A DNA stretch of 57,218 bases from Octopus bimaculoides (GCF_001194135.2 NC_068987.1:108662680-108719897); one strand, 5' to 3'; shown: positions 25,283 through 38,242, counted from the first letter of the stretch. Numbers and translations: made by a program. Notes: generated from the letters alone by a model not told the origin.

Positions 25283-25803
25283 TGTCACCATCTTGCTTCA
25301 TATGCTTTTCATTATCATCATTGGTTAAGCTATAATCGAGCAGATCTATTTTTGTTCTTTTATTTAGGCTTCGTGTAACACGGGCTGTGTTATCTAACGT
25401 GTCATTTGTTCTAGACAACGATACATTGTTTGAGGCAAATTTGAAAACTATGTCTAGCAGATTGAATGTCAGCGCTAAGTTTTCCCCTCTCGTGCTAAGG
25501 TCCAATATTCGATAAAATTGTGTGCGTTTATTTTGAGTAATATTTTTGGTCGATGATATTGTTTCACATTCTTTTATTGTGTCATTTACAGTTATATCAT
25601 ATACACGATTTTATTCACAGTTAGAATAAAACGACATAGGATTGAATAGTTAAACTCTATTCAATCGTTACTGGTTAATGCGTGTGTACACCGTGGGTAG
25701 TTAAGTTTATATGTATGTTCATATATACATGCAACACATAATTACACAGATACACACACATATACGAGCGCGTGAAATTACTCAAATTTCTCTCCCTCTC
25801 TCC

Positions 25804-25836
<33 letters not shown>

Positions 25837-25868
25837 GCTCCTTCTATCAATCTCTATCGATTTGTATG

Positions 25869-25908
<40 letters not shown>

Positions 25909-26542
25909 TATATATATGCACACACGCATATATATGCATACAAACATCTATGCATACATTCATACAAACATGCATACATACGTATGTACATGCATATTCA
26001 TATTTACACTATGAGCGTGCGTGTATGTCTGTGGATGTTTTATGTATGACTGTTTTATGGGCGCACACGTACCACACACATATATATATACACATTCATC
26101 CCTCCAACTATCCATCCATCTATCTATCCATCCATCCATACATACATACATACATACATACATACATACATACATGTACTAAAACAGATACACATGAAGT
26201 CGACCCATTGCAACCAAACAAAAAATATATATATATAACATATTTGGCGTCAGATCTAATGAAAATATTGTATTTTATAAAATAGGTGCAGAGCTGACAT
26301 TTTGCTAATCAGAGGTTCCTTATAGATTATTATATTGCCGAAGACAAGCTGGAAGAGCAGTATTTTGCTGAAAGTAATTGTCTCTTAAAATTTAGTTATG
26401 AGCTCTGCTTGAACAGCGAAATTATCTGTTTGCAGATTTTAATGCACATTTTTTTTCTCCTGTAATTCATTTATATGCATCGCCAAAATACGCTAAGCTA
26501 ACCAAGGATATTAACTTCTAAAATTCGTGGAGCGAAATACAA

Positions 26543-26628
26543 CAAAATGGCCGCTTGTACGAAGCGCAGATATGTAGCGTTTTAATTTTGGGTGGGGGAA
26601 GTTTTAGATAAATAGAAAGGAATGGCGG
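26543..26628. promoter_or_regulatory. YY1-like motifs in unique sequence (candidate promoter)
   Basis: caaaatggccgc (26543-26554) and gaatggcgg (26620-26628). Confidence 0.25.
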
Positions 26629-26957
26629 AGCGTCCCATTGTTTGTTTATTCGATTGCTTCGTTGGTTGGCTGGCTGGTTGATTGGTTGGTTGGTCCCTTC
26701 CTTGGTTGGTCGGTTCCTTGGCTGGTTTTTATTGCTTTATATCCCCATGTTATTGCGAAGTGGCTCGTTGATTTTGTTCTCGTTTTCTTTTTAATTTTTA
26801 TTGTCATTGTTTTCAATCTTATTTTATTCGCGGGTTCAAACCAGACATAACCATGTAGACCTATTATTATCAAAGACGTTTCAAATATGACATTTCAGTT
26901 CTATCTCAGCCACTGCATATATAACGCTACGAGGTGATTGCACTTTCTTGAAAGGGT

Positions 26958-27162
26958 ACTCTTTTACTCTTTTTACTCTTTTACTTGTTTCAGTCATTTG
27001 ACTGCTGCCATGCTGGAGCTCCGCTTTTAGTCCAGCAAATCGACCCCAGGACTTATTCTTTGTAAGCCTATTACTTATTCTATCCGCCCCTTTTGCCGAA
27101 CCGCTAAACACGGGGACCTAACACGGGGTCCTAAACACACCAGCATCGGTTGTCAAGCGATG
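26958..27162 (-). mobile_element. SINE family A, 3' module, cut by gap
   Basis: (actcttt)n tail, cttgtttcagtcatttgactg. Confidence 0.92.
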
Positions 27163-27701
27163 NNNNNNNNNNNNNNNNNNNNNNNNNNNNNNNNNNNNNN
27201 NNNNNNNNNNNNNNNNNNNNNNNNNNNNNNNNNNNNNNNNNNNNNNNNNNNNNNNNNNNNNNNNNNNNNNNNNNNNNNNNNNNNNNNNNNNNNNNNNNNN
27301 NNNNNNNNNNNNNNNNNNNNNNNNNNNNNNNNNNNNNNNNNNNNNNNNNNNNNNNNNNNNNNNNNNNNNNNNNNNNNNNNNNNNNNNNNNNNNNNNNNNN
27401 NNNNNNNNNNNNNNNNNNNNNNNNNNNNNNNNNNNNNNNNNNNNNNNNNNNNNNNNNNNNNNNNNNNNNNNNNNNNNNNNNNNNNNNNNNNNNNNNNNNN
27501 NNNNNNNNNNNNNNNNNNNNNNNNNNNNNNNNNNNNNNNNNNNNNNNNNNNNNNNNNNNNNNNNNNNNNNNNNNNNNNNNNNNNNNNNNNNNNNNNNNNN
27601 NNNNNNNNNNNNNNNNNNNNNNNNNNNNNNNNNNNNNNNNNNNNNNNNNNNNNNNNNNNNNNNNNNNNNNNNNNNNNNNNNNNNNNNNNNNNNNNNNNNN
27701 N

Positions 27702-27850
27702 GCGGAAGCGGAGGCGGAAGCGGAGGCGGTGGTGGCGATGGGGGTGCTGGTGGGGAATGGTGCTGGTAGGGGTGGTGCTGGTGGTGGTGGTGCTGGTGGT
27801 GCTGGTGCTGGTGATTGTAGTGTGGTGGTGCGGTGGTGGGTGAGTGGGAG
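27702..27850. repeat. G-rich (GCGGAA/GCGGAG)n and (GGT/GCT)n low-complexity tract
   Basis: Direct reading. Confidence 0.9.
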
Positions 27851-28218
27851 GGATCAGTCCCAGGTCAATCTTGATCTATTATCAAAAGGTATTCCAGCCA
27901 GACTGTTTACACACCATCTTGATTTCTTCTTTATGCATGAAATCGCATAGTTTGGAAGAGATGGTCGTGGTGACTATTATTTAGTCCAAGGTCAGGTGTG
28001 TTTTATCAACCATCTTCTCTTTTTACCATCCTGCCCTTTTCATAAACTATGTAACTCAGATTACGCTATACAGTGTGATCTTTCCCCAATCCTACATGTC
28101 CTGGCTGCTATTTCTAGCACTATGTACTATCATGAAAAGGCTTTTACGTCGACTCTTTGGTACTGAGGGAGTTACATATGTTGTTGTTTTTGTTGTCGCT
28201 GCTGCTATTGTTGTTGTT

Positions 28219-28264
<46 letters not shown>

Positions 28265-29816
28265 TCATAGCGCTCGGTAAGCAGACTAATGATCAAAGAC
28301 GCTCTCTTTGTGACTATCCAGTCTGTTTCCATTACTGTTTAGGTTATCTCAGAACTGCCTATTACAGCGCACGTCTTTTTGTTATGCGGTTCGATTATAA
28401 TTTGAAGGAAATTTGGCTACTATTTCTAACATTTCGAGCAAGAACATGGAGCACTTACTTTCAAATACTTGTGTTCCCGTCCGTTTTTTTTTAGTTTACT
28501 CTGTTTGTCAGCCCTCATCAAAGCATTCAAAACGAGAACATTCCACATAATTTTCAATCTGTGTATCTCGAGTTACATTAGCCAATGTATAGATAGGGTG
28601 TAACTTGAGAGAGATTTTGCTGCTATTTCTAGAAATGTGAATAACGGTGTGGAAGGTGCCACGTTGAATTATGATACTTTCAGTAGTTTTGCCACATCCA
28701 GCAAGCCTATGACCCAAGACATGCTCTCGGACAAAGGTGTACTTTGTCTAGAACGTACGAGTGATATATATATTTCAAACATTGTGCATCCAGAATTACA
28801 TTATCCGATGTGTCTTTTTTAAGACAGTAGATTGGGAATTGAGGGATATCTACTTGCTATTTCAACCAAATGAAGCAACCGCGAAGACACTCGCTGGTTC
28901 AACTCCCAAGGTGGCTTTCGAAACGGCCGGTGGAACCGAAACGTTAAAGTGCTATGTAAATTCTCCACCACTGTCGTTTCTCAACAAGGCTTGTGGCCTA
29001 TTCTTATTTTAAATTGTTGCAGCTAAAGCCTTTTGCAGAGATAAAATTTTGTTCCAACACGACACTGTCATGTGTTGCAATGTAACTTGGGTTCATATGC
29101 GACTTGTGATTCTCGTTGATTTTAGATAATGCAAACCATTTAGTTGAAGATTACGAGAACAAAGAGACTATGAAAAAATCTCTAAGCGGTTGCTGCTCTG
29201 CTATATAAAATTAGAAAAGAAACTGGAATGATACGTTGGATAATGTAGTCCTTGATAAACTACGTTTGATATATAATTGAGGTGATCACGCTAGAATGCT
29301 TTTTATTATCAAGACTGACACGTAAAAAAAGAAATCAACTGCAGTAACAAGACCATTATGAATCAACGTGGTGGCATTTATCTTGTAGCTTGCCCTCCTA
29401 AAAATGATAGCCAAATATAACTCAAAATTTATTCTAGAGTCTTAAGAAAAAAAATGAGCGTAATATTCGTAAAGTTTATCCATTACAGGTTCTAAATGAG
29501 AAGAAACATTCCGATTGCCAAAGCTAGAATGTTTCTTGATTATAAATCTGTTCAATCAGGATTGGCCCAGGGTTAAACAACAATAGCGTATATTAACTAT
29601 TTATGAATCAACGGGGAAGCATTCAACTGATCGTTCAACCAAACCAGCCAGAAATAGCAGCCAATCTCCCTCAGATTAATTATACTATTTGGGAAAGGAT
29701 AAAGGTAGGAGACTTTGGAGCACATACTCATAGGCATAAACAAAATATCAATAAAAAATGATAGTAGTGGCACGTTAGGAATGCTTTTGGCCATACTTCT
29801 GTTCCATAAACTCAGA

Positions 29817-31164
29817 GTTAAACAATAACAATAACAATATTGACAATGTTCAAACTTTATTTAAAGAGTTGAGAATACAACGACAACACGCTGGAAATAT
29901 CATTAATGTTTATATGTCTACGTGATATGTCCGTATTAAAAACATAAGAAAATCGATAAGTGGATTTTTTTGATATTTCTTTTTGTCTTGTTAAAAGTAT
30001 TATCCGTGGATGTCTCTTAGGGTTTAATATTCATTTCTGTTTTACTTTTTTCGCAACATATTTACAAGGATGCCTTGCAGTATAATGCTATGATACAATT
30101 ATTTTTACACAAAGGTAAAAATAAAAAAACTAATAAAAAAGAAACTAATATAACAAAAATAGAATCAGAAAATTCTTCTTTTTTGTAATCAATTTTCCTC
30201 CTTTGAAAAGAATTACTGAAATTTTGACAGCAAATAAATACATTATTATTTTGTTCTTATTTTGACAACTTCACAACACCACAACCAACATACACATTTG
30301 TACATTTACATAATGATTCGCTTATCACACTACTTCATTCAGAGTATATAGTAAGCGCAATGTTCCCGCTGTTGAGGTGAAAATATGAACGAAATATGTT
30401 CGAAGTTATCTCCCATATGTGTAGAAACAATTAAAACAATATTAGGAAATATTAATAATTGACCCATTTTTCATTTTTCCTCTTTTTTACACCGCAGAAT
30501 AATTTTTCCTGATTAAGATTTTCATTCTCCTAGTTAAGTTATAATATTAACATATATATAGATATATATTCCCTGTTGGCCAGAGAAATTTTCCAAAGTT
30601 ACGGAAGACTATGATAGGTGGCATGATTGAGGTGGAAAACCCCGAGATTCGACCGGATGATAACGAGATCCAGGGGAATTGTTATATCCCAAATATTTTT
30701 GCAGACATGTTTACCTGATAAGAACTGACGTGGGGTTAAACAACAACGTTACTATTGACAATGTGCAAAATATATTTAAAGAGCTTAAAATACATACACG
30801 ATATCTAGGAAATATCGTTAATGTTACTATGTTTACGTGATATGTATTAAATGCATATATAAATCTTCCATATTTCCTATGTATATTATCCATGGATTTT
30901 TCCTTCATTTTTTTTTGTGTGTCTTTTTGTTGGTTTTCAAAGTTTTTCTTTTCCTGTGTTGCTTTTATTTTCTCAGCAACGTGTTTTCAGAAGAGGTCTT
31001 GCAATGTGACACTTTAATACAATTATTTCTTTGAAAAAAATTATTTTTATCTCTCAAATAAAATTACAGAAGTTTTGACAGTAAATAAATTCTCCATGTT
31101 TCTTTTGTTTCGTTTTATTATATGTATTATTTTACTCTGACATTTTTGGACAATTTTACAACAC
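29817..31164 (+). repeat. Diverged direct duplication (29817-30279 vs 30735-31164)
   Basis: Shared colinear blocks attgacaatgt, tttaaagag, ggaaatatc.ttaatgtt, tacgtgatatgt, tacaattattt, ttttgacag.aaataaat. Confidence 0.7.
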
Positions 31165-31853
31165 TATTAAGAACAGTTTGGTTTGAACCTATCGATTCCA
31201 ATCTAGAGGACGTCTTACTGCTTACTGTATATAGCAACGAACGATCCTATGATTTGATTAAATCACAGGTGATGGTAGCGGAGGAGGAGTAGTGAGCTAA
31301 CAGGGCAAAGTTACTTATATAATAAATGAATATATGGAAAGTTGCAGATTTTATGTCCTCGGATTTAAACATGAGGGGGAATAAGTGCATATATATAGTG
31401 CAACAAATCTTTGCTTACTACATAGTCTCTCTTCCTATCGTGTTCTTTCTGTCACTCTCTCTCTCTCTCATATATATATCTATATATATATATATATATA
31501 TATATTTGTATATGCTCTTTTTTTTTTTATTTCACATGGTGTTTTCTTTATTCCCTTACTTACATCTTTGTTTATGCATTTATTTACTTATTTCTCATTT
31601 CTTTTCCTATTTATTTGCAATACTTAACCCGAGTAAGTCTATGATACACAATCCCGCACGTACAAACAAAACAAAATGCCATTCTAATGNNNNNNNNNNN
31701 NNNNNNNNNNNNNNNNNNNNNNNNNNNNNNNNNNNNNNNNNNNNNNNNNNNNNNNNNNNNNNNNNNNNNNNNNNNNTATATATATAAAATTATCTATATA
31801 CATATGCATTCATATATATGTATATACACACATAGACACATATAAATGTACAT

Positions 31854-31884
<31 letters not shown>

Positions 31885-32227
31885 TCACACAATATTTTCG
31901 CACATACACACTTACACACAGAATCACAAGGTATATAAACATATGAATGATTCCATCAACGTAGGAAAAAATAAATCTAAATAATATAATATATTTGCTT
32001 TGTTTTCGTTTTGTTTTGTTTTCTGTTTTTATATTATGTGATTTGCTGTTTGTTTCATTGTTATTGTTTTGTTGGCAAACATAAATTGATGAAAGAAAGA
32101 AAGAAACAAACAAACAATTTTATTTCCATTTCCTTCTTACCAAAAGGAATATGTCCAGTGCATTTGCATTTTTGCCATTTTCAGTTTCATCCACTTGTCA
32201 TTTACGGGGGCAGTGTTCATTGCTATC

Positions 32228-32292
<65 letters not shown>

Positions 32293-33064
32293 TATTATTA
32301 TTGTTATTATTATTATGGTTGTTGCAGTTTTTTCTGTCGTTGTCATCGTTGTTGTTGCTGTTGTATTTCCTGCTCTGATTTCTTTTGAACAGCCTTCGCT
32401 GGATCCCACAAGGAATACTTCAAAACGGATCTTAGAATGTTATTACGCGAGTAAAGGAAATCCTGTATAATATACGTGCGAAAAATCGTAAACCTCGTGT
32501 AGAAATCGAGAATTTGGAGAAAATCGATACGGTGTTATTAAACTTAAGTTGCCGGCTTTCAGCCATATATTTAGCTTTCAGTCTTATATTTCATACTCTG
32601 TCATCACCAGTGCTGACGTGATATGCCCATAGATAATACACATAACTTCCAAAATGTTCCAACTCAATTAACTTTTTCTTTAATTGCTCAGCCTGGGGAA
32701 AGATGTAATGATCATGGCTTACGCAGACCAACGGAAACAGATGGGAACGAGGCGGTTAACGTTGCATTAAACTGTTGCATGCTGATACCTGAAGGAAAGC
32801 TATGGACAGGGATTTGTATCCAAAGCGTCAGTGTTCGGGGAAGGAGGGACTAGGCATTAAGTGCGCAGTTTGATGGAATAGCAATCGGCCTCACTGGAGG
32901 ATAAAGCGAGGAGAGACGAATGAGCCCGTAATTGTATTAGCCTAGCCAGCTCCAAAGAGCATAATGACGATAGAAAAGTAAGCGAACTTCGGACCCTCTG
33001 TCTCTTCTATTCTATCGCCACTATAGCATTAAAGAAATAAATGAATTGAGAACAATGTCTTATC

Positions 33065-33240
33065 TTTTACTTCTTTCCGTCAATAGATTGCGGCTATACT
33101 GGGGGCACACCTTTAACGGGTTAAGTAGATCGAATCGAATCAAGCAATTACTTTTAAGTTTGTTACCTTACGGAGGATATAAACAAACCGACACCGGTTG
33201 TCAAGCGGTGAGATGAACAAACTCAAATCAAAGACATATG
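33065..33240 (-). mobile_element. SINE family A 3' module, old
   Basis: gattgcggctatactgg..., caccggttgtcaagcgg. Confidence 0.65.
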
Positions 33241-33264
33241 CACATACACATTCACACAAACACA

Positions 33265-33423
33265 GATGTGTGGTAAGTAGCTTCATTACCAACCACATGG
33301 TTCCGGGATCATTCCCACTGCGTGGCATCTTGGGCTAGTGTCTTCTACTATAGCCTCGGGCCGACCAAAGCCTTGTGAGTGGATTTGGTAGACGGAAACT
33401 CAAAGAAGCCCGTCGTATATATG

Positions 33424-33454
<31 letters not shown>

Positions 33455-33699
33455 GTGTCTGTGTCTTTGTGTGTCTATGTTTGTCTCCCCAACATCGCTT
33501 GACAACCGATGCTGGTGTGTTTACGTCCCCGTAACTTAGCGGTTCGGCAAAAGAGACCGATAGAATAAGTACTAGCCTTCCAAAGAATAAGTCCTGGGAT
33601 TGATTTGCTCCACTAATAGTGGTGCTCCAGCATGGCCGCAGTCAAATGACTGAAACAAGTAAAAGAGTAAAGAATAAAAGAGTAAAGAGTAAAAGAGTA
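33265..33699 (+). mobile_element. SINE family A, near full length (reference copy)
   Basis: tRNA-like head, ttgggc.agtgtcttc body, internal (TA)n(TG)n, 3' stem-loop cagtc-aaat-gactg, (aagagta)n tail. Confidence 0.95.
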
Positions 33700-33724
33700 G
33701 GTATGTATGTATGTATGTATGTGT

Positions 33725-33872
33725 ATATACGACGGGTTTCCATACAGTTGCTGTCTACGAAATTCACTCACAAGGTATTGGTAAGCCCTATAGCATATGG
33801 CTTTTGCACAAGGTGTTATGGCGTGGGATTGAACTTGGAACTATGTGGTTCCAAGGCGAGTCTCTTAACCAC
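33725..33872 (-). mobile_element. SINE family A head, old
   Basis: tatacgacggg...aaattcactcacaagg...gggattgaac. Confidence 0.75.
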
Positions 33873-34021
33873 ACAATCATCCTTTTACCTAAATGGACGA
33901 AACCATACAGCATGATTCTCGACCACTCAAACATGTACATACATTAGATTGTTTTGAACACTCAATACAACTCCCATCTTCCACGTCTCGTTGCTTACCT
34001 CTAGCTACATAGTAAAAATTG

Positions 34022-34234
34022 TCTCAAATTTTGCCACAAGGGCAGCCATCTTGGAGGAGGGGTTGTGTCGATAACATCTACCCCAGTGTTCAACTGGTAC
34101 TTAATTTATCGGTCCCGAAAGCATAAAAGGCAGAGTCGACCTCGGCGGAATTTGAACGCAGAACATAGAACATAGCGGCAGACGAAATACTGATAAGCAT
34201 TTCGCCTGGCATGCAAACGATTCTGCCAGCTCAC
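34022..34234 (-). mobile_element. SINE family B (B3)
   Basis: ctggtacttaatttatcg...gtcgacctcggcggaatttgaac...gattctgccagctc. Confidence 0.9.
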
Positions 34235-34294
34235 CAACTTTTACGTACCCTTCATAATCTCTACCACTCTACCCTCACATTTTCCTCCTTCGTG

Positions 34295-34720
34295 TGGAAC
34301 TTGAAGAAGTTGATGAGACCTTGATGTATGGGGAGAAGCTCTATATCCAAACACTTCGACTGCGTCGGCCTTTGTTGCCTCGGGATCAACACGGTCAAGA
34401 CGAAAATTCTGACAACACTATGCTTCTTGGTGTCTCTCTGCTCGACCAAATCTCAAACAGCATCTGAGACCAATTCTTGCAGTGCAGGCTAAAGTGGTTT
34501 GACCACGTCTGCAGGACGAGCACTGCAAGTTTTTTGGCGACAGTCACACACGCACTGAAGAATCCGAGATAACACACTAAAGAAAACATGCGCGAAACAA
34601 ACTGAGGAAGACTTGAAGTCACAACGTCATGACTTCAAGCATGCTACGGCCAACGCTGTGGTTAGGAAAGCGTGGAATGACATCATTGTCAGAGTCTGTC
34701 ATCCAGCGACATCCACAATA
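34295..34720 (+). mobile_element. LINE 3' end relic (RTE/L2-like)
   Basis: QCRLKWFDHVCR resembles the RRLxWxGHVxR post-RT motif, followed by a weak EEDLK-like segment. Confidence 0.5.
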
Positions 34721-34825
34721 GGGTATTGGTTAACAGGACAGCCTCCCACTGCGATCGCCAGTTTGGGATTTTAGTTCCTTACTTACAGCTGTGTAAACCA
34801 GGCATTTTCTTTCGGCATTGTCACT

Positions 34826-34992
34826 TTTTGTTGTTGGCACTCCGTCGCTTACGACGTCGAGGGTTCCAGTTGATCCGATCAACGGAACAGCCTACTCGTG
34901 AAATTTACGTGCAAGTAGCTGAGCACTCCACAGACACGTGTATCCTTAACGTAGTTCTCGGGGATATTCAGCGTGACACTGTGTGACAAAGT
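34826..34992 (-). mobile_element. SINE family C, 3' half, cut by gap
   Basis: Reverse complement of 41200-41362. Confidence 0.9.
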
Positions 34993-35646
34993 NNNNNNNN
35001 NNNNNNNNNNNNNNNNNNNNNNNNNNNNNNNNNNNNNNNNNNNNNNNNNNNNNNNNNNNNNNNNNNNNNNNNNNNNNNNNNNNNNNNNNNNNNNNNNNNN
35101 NNNNNNNNNNNNNNNNNNNNNNNNNNNNNNNNNNNNNNNNNNNNNNNNNNNNNNNNNNNNNNNNNNNNNNNNNNNNNNNNNNNNNNNNNNNNNNNNNNNN
35201 NNNNNNNNNNNNNNNNNNNNNNNNNNNNNNNNNNNNNNNNNNNNNNNNNNNNNNNNNNNNNNNNNNNNNNNNNNNNNNNNNNNNNNNNNNNNNNNNNNNN
35301 NNNNNNNNNNNNNNNNNNNNNNNNNNNNNNNNNNNNNNNNNNNNNNNNNNNNNNNNNNNNNNNNNNNNNNNNNNNNNNNNNNNNNNNNNNNNNNNNNNNN
35401 NNNNNNNNNNNNNNNNNNNNNNNNNNNNNNNNNNNNNNNNNNNNNNNNNNNNNNNNNNNNNNNNNNNNNNNNNNNNNNNNNNNNNNNNNNNNNNNNNNNN
35501 NNNNNNNNNNNNNNNNNNNNNNNNNNNNNNNNNNNNNNNNNNNNNNNNNNNNNNNNNNNNNNNNNNNNNNNNNNNNNNNNNNNNNNNNNNNNNNNNNNNN
35601 NNNNNNNNNNNNNNNNNNNNNNNNNNNNNNNNNNNNNNNNTATATA

Positions 35647-35877
35647 CAGGGATGGCCAAATGTCACGCGACAGTAAATTAAAATTTCATAAATATTATTT
35701 ATAATTCAGTATTGACTCGAATGGAAAAATGTGTCGGTCAAGAACGACTTCAGTTTGAATAACTTTCATGACGTTTCATATTTAGATACTACTATTAATT
35801 TCGTTCAGTTCTTAAACAAATTAATCTTGCAATTAAATGATTTAGATTTACTGTCAGGTGACTTTTGGCCAACTCTG
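35647..35877. mobile_element. Tc1-type MITE
   Basis: ~28-bp TIRs cagggatggccaaatgtcacgcgacagtaaa / tttactgtcaggtgacttttggccaactctg, TA on both sides. Confidence 0.88.
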
Positions 35878-35894
35878 TATATATATTTTTTATA

Positions 35895-36274
35895 TTCTTT
35901 TATTTGTTTCCGTCATTTGACAACGGCCATACTGGAGCACCGCCTGTAGTCGAGCAACTCGACCACAGAACTTATTAAGCCTAGTGCATATTCTGTCGAC
36001 CTCTCTTACCGAACCGCTGGGTTACAGGGACGTAAACACACTAGCATCAGTTGTCTAGCGATGTTGGGGGGAAATACAAACACACAAACATACACAAACA
36101 TTATATATATATATATACAACGTGCTTCTTTTAGTTTCCGTCTTCCTAATCCACTCACAAGGCTTTGGTTGGCTCGAGGCTGTAGTAGAAGACATGTGTC
36201 CAAGATTCCACGCAGTGGGACTGAACCCAGAATCATGTGGTTGGTAAGCAACTGCTTACAACACAACCACTCCT
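35895..36274 (-). mobile_element. SINE family A, near full length
   Basis: Both modules and the internal (CA)/(TA) repeat are present. Confidence 0.92.
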
Positions 36275-36307
36275 ATACGATTGTGTGTGCGCGCGCACGC
36301 GTGTGTT

Positions 36308-36353
<46 letters not shown>

Positions 36354-36359
<6 letters not shown>

Positions 36360-36488
36360 CTTTATTGCCCACAAGGGGCTACACACAGAGGGGACAAACA
36401 AGGACAGATAAACACGGATTAAGTCGATTATATCGACCCCAGTGCGTAACTGGTACTTATTTAATCGACCCCGAAAGGATGAAAGGCA
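36354..36488 (-). mobile_element. SINE family B1, 3' part, cut by gap
   Basis: ttatttctttattgcccacaagggg...gggacaaacaaggacag. Confidence 0.92.
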
Positions 36489-36498
36489 NNNNNNNNNN

Positions 36499-36550
<52 letters not shown>

Positions 36551-36898
36551 AGTAATTATTTCGATTTGGGTATATGTTTAGTAGTATGCTGTTTAAAGCA
36601 CTTACACCATTTAGGCTACCTGATGCCATCCATGTTTATATAATCGTCACTGGATCCATGTCAGGAATTCCGCAATGTTCGTTGATTTTATAACGAATGA
36701 AGGAAACGGAAAATGGAGTTAGCAAGAATCTTTATTCAAAACACCGATCGTTTCGGCCCGCCCTCACAGATGGGATATTGCACAGCTAGTTATGATGTAT
36801 CCATAAGTGCAAGCTACATTTCCTCATACCGAGAATCGTTTGGGATGTTGTGGTCGCTACAGACGACAACAACATGCAAACGAAGAGACACACACATA

Positions 36899-37005
36899 CG
36901 AGGGGTGTATGAAAAGTTTTGAGCCTTCAAGTCTTGTCCCTTCATCAGAAGTCTTGTATCATGTCATGTGTTTTTTGAGGCTTAAGACTTTTCATACACC
37001 TCTCG
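36899..37005. mobile_element. 107-bp mariner-type MITE
   Basis: 28-bp TIRs (3 mismatches) cgaggggtgtatgaaaagttttgagcct; TA at 36897-98 and 37006-07. Confidence 0.9.
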
Positions 37006-37010
37006 TACGT

Positions 37011-37162
37011 ATACGACGGGCTTCCGCAAATACCTTTATTCAGAAGATACCGATCGTTCCCAAGCTATATAATAGAAGACACTTGTCTAAGACACCATGC
37101 TATGGGATTGTAGCAGAAACTGTGTGGCTGCAAAACGAGGTTCTTAACCACACAGCCATGCC
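37011..37162 (-). mobile_element. SINE family A head, old
   Basis: atacgacgggcttcc...tagaagacacttg...cttaaccacacagcca. Confidence 0.75.
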
Positions 37163-37441
37163 GGCCCTTGTAACTATTGCCCATGCTAATTTTCCTTTCT
37201 TATTTCTTCGGTTTTTTTTGTTTTTTTTTACTGATATACTCTATTCCGAGCTGCGATTTTAACATTATCTACATTTCTGGAACGTTACTGCATGATGTGG
37301 CGAAACTTTAGCTTCTACTTCTAGTAGGTCGATCGACAGCAAACAGGATCCTTTGCTGGCTTTGTCGTTACATCATAATTGTACTAAAGAGAAATTGACT
37401 AAAGTCAGTAGGTACAAATACATATGTACATACGTGCCTAC

Positions 37442-37443
37442 TG

Positions 37444-37503
<60 letters not shown>
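37442..37503. repeat. (ACT)n microsatellite
   Basis: Direct reading. Confidence 0.97.
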
Positions 37504-37504
<1 letters not shown>

Positions 37505-37660
37505 CAGTGCAATGTTTAATATTCAGCAGTTAGAGCGACATCCAAACGCCCAAAGAATAATTGTTAAAAATAAAGCCAAATAAATATGCTACCACGTGTA
37601 GACTGACGGAAATTTGAAACTCCTATACGCACACACACTCATAACATATGTATATAAATA

Positions 37661-37691
<31 letters not shown>

Positions 37692-38117
37692 ATAAATAAA
37701 TATATATATATAGAGATAGATAGATAGATAGATAGATAGATGCACACACATACACACACACATATATGTCTATATATATATGTGTGTGTGTGTGTGTATG
37801 TGTGTATAAACATATACGTAATAACTTATAAAATTGGACCCACGTGTATACTTAATTTTACCAGGTATTTGCTTATTCTAATCTTTCTGCTATTTATTTT
37901 ACTCTCTTTGTGCATTTTATCTTAATTTATTTCTCGTATGTTTGTTTTTCTAATGTTATTTCATCTATATGTTGATAACATAGTATCTGCCTTCAGTGGT
38001 AATTATGTGTTTATATATGTATGTATATATATNNNNNNNNNNNNNNNNNNNNNNNNNNNNNNNNNNNNNNNNNNNNNNNNNNNNNNNNNNNNNNNNNNNN
38101 NNNNNNNNNNNNNTATA

Positions 38118-38148
<31 letters not shown>

Positions 38149-38242
38149 GTACTTATCCTCACTTAAACTACAAGCGTAGATTCACGTACTTGGAAGCGAA
38201 TTTTCGTGTTTTAGTGTGTGTGTTAATGAGTGCGTCTGCGTG

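Noticed and set aside
27702-27950. Gly/Ala-rich ORF end (AEAEAE...GGAGGGG)
   Set aside because: Low-complexity repeat next to a gap; no splice or homology support.
32689-32853. Acceptor-like ttgctcag followed by an open frame
   Set aside because: No donor site and no recognisable protein similarity.
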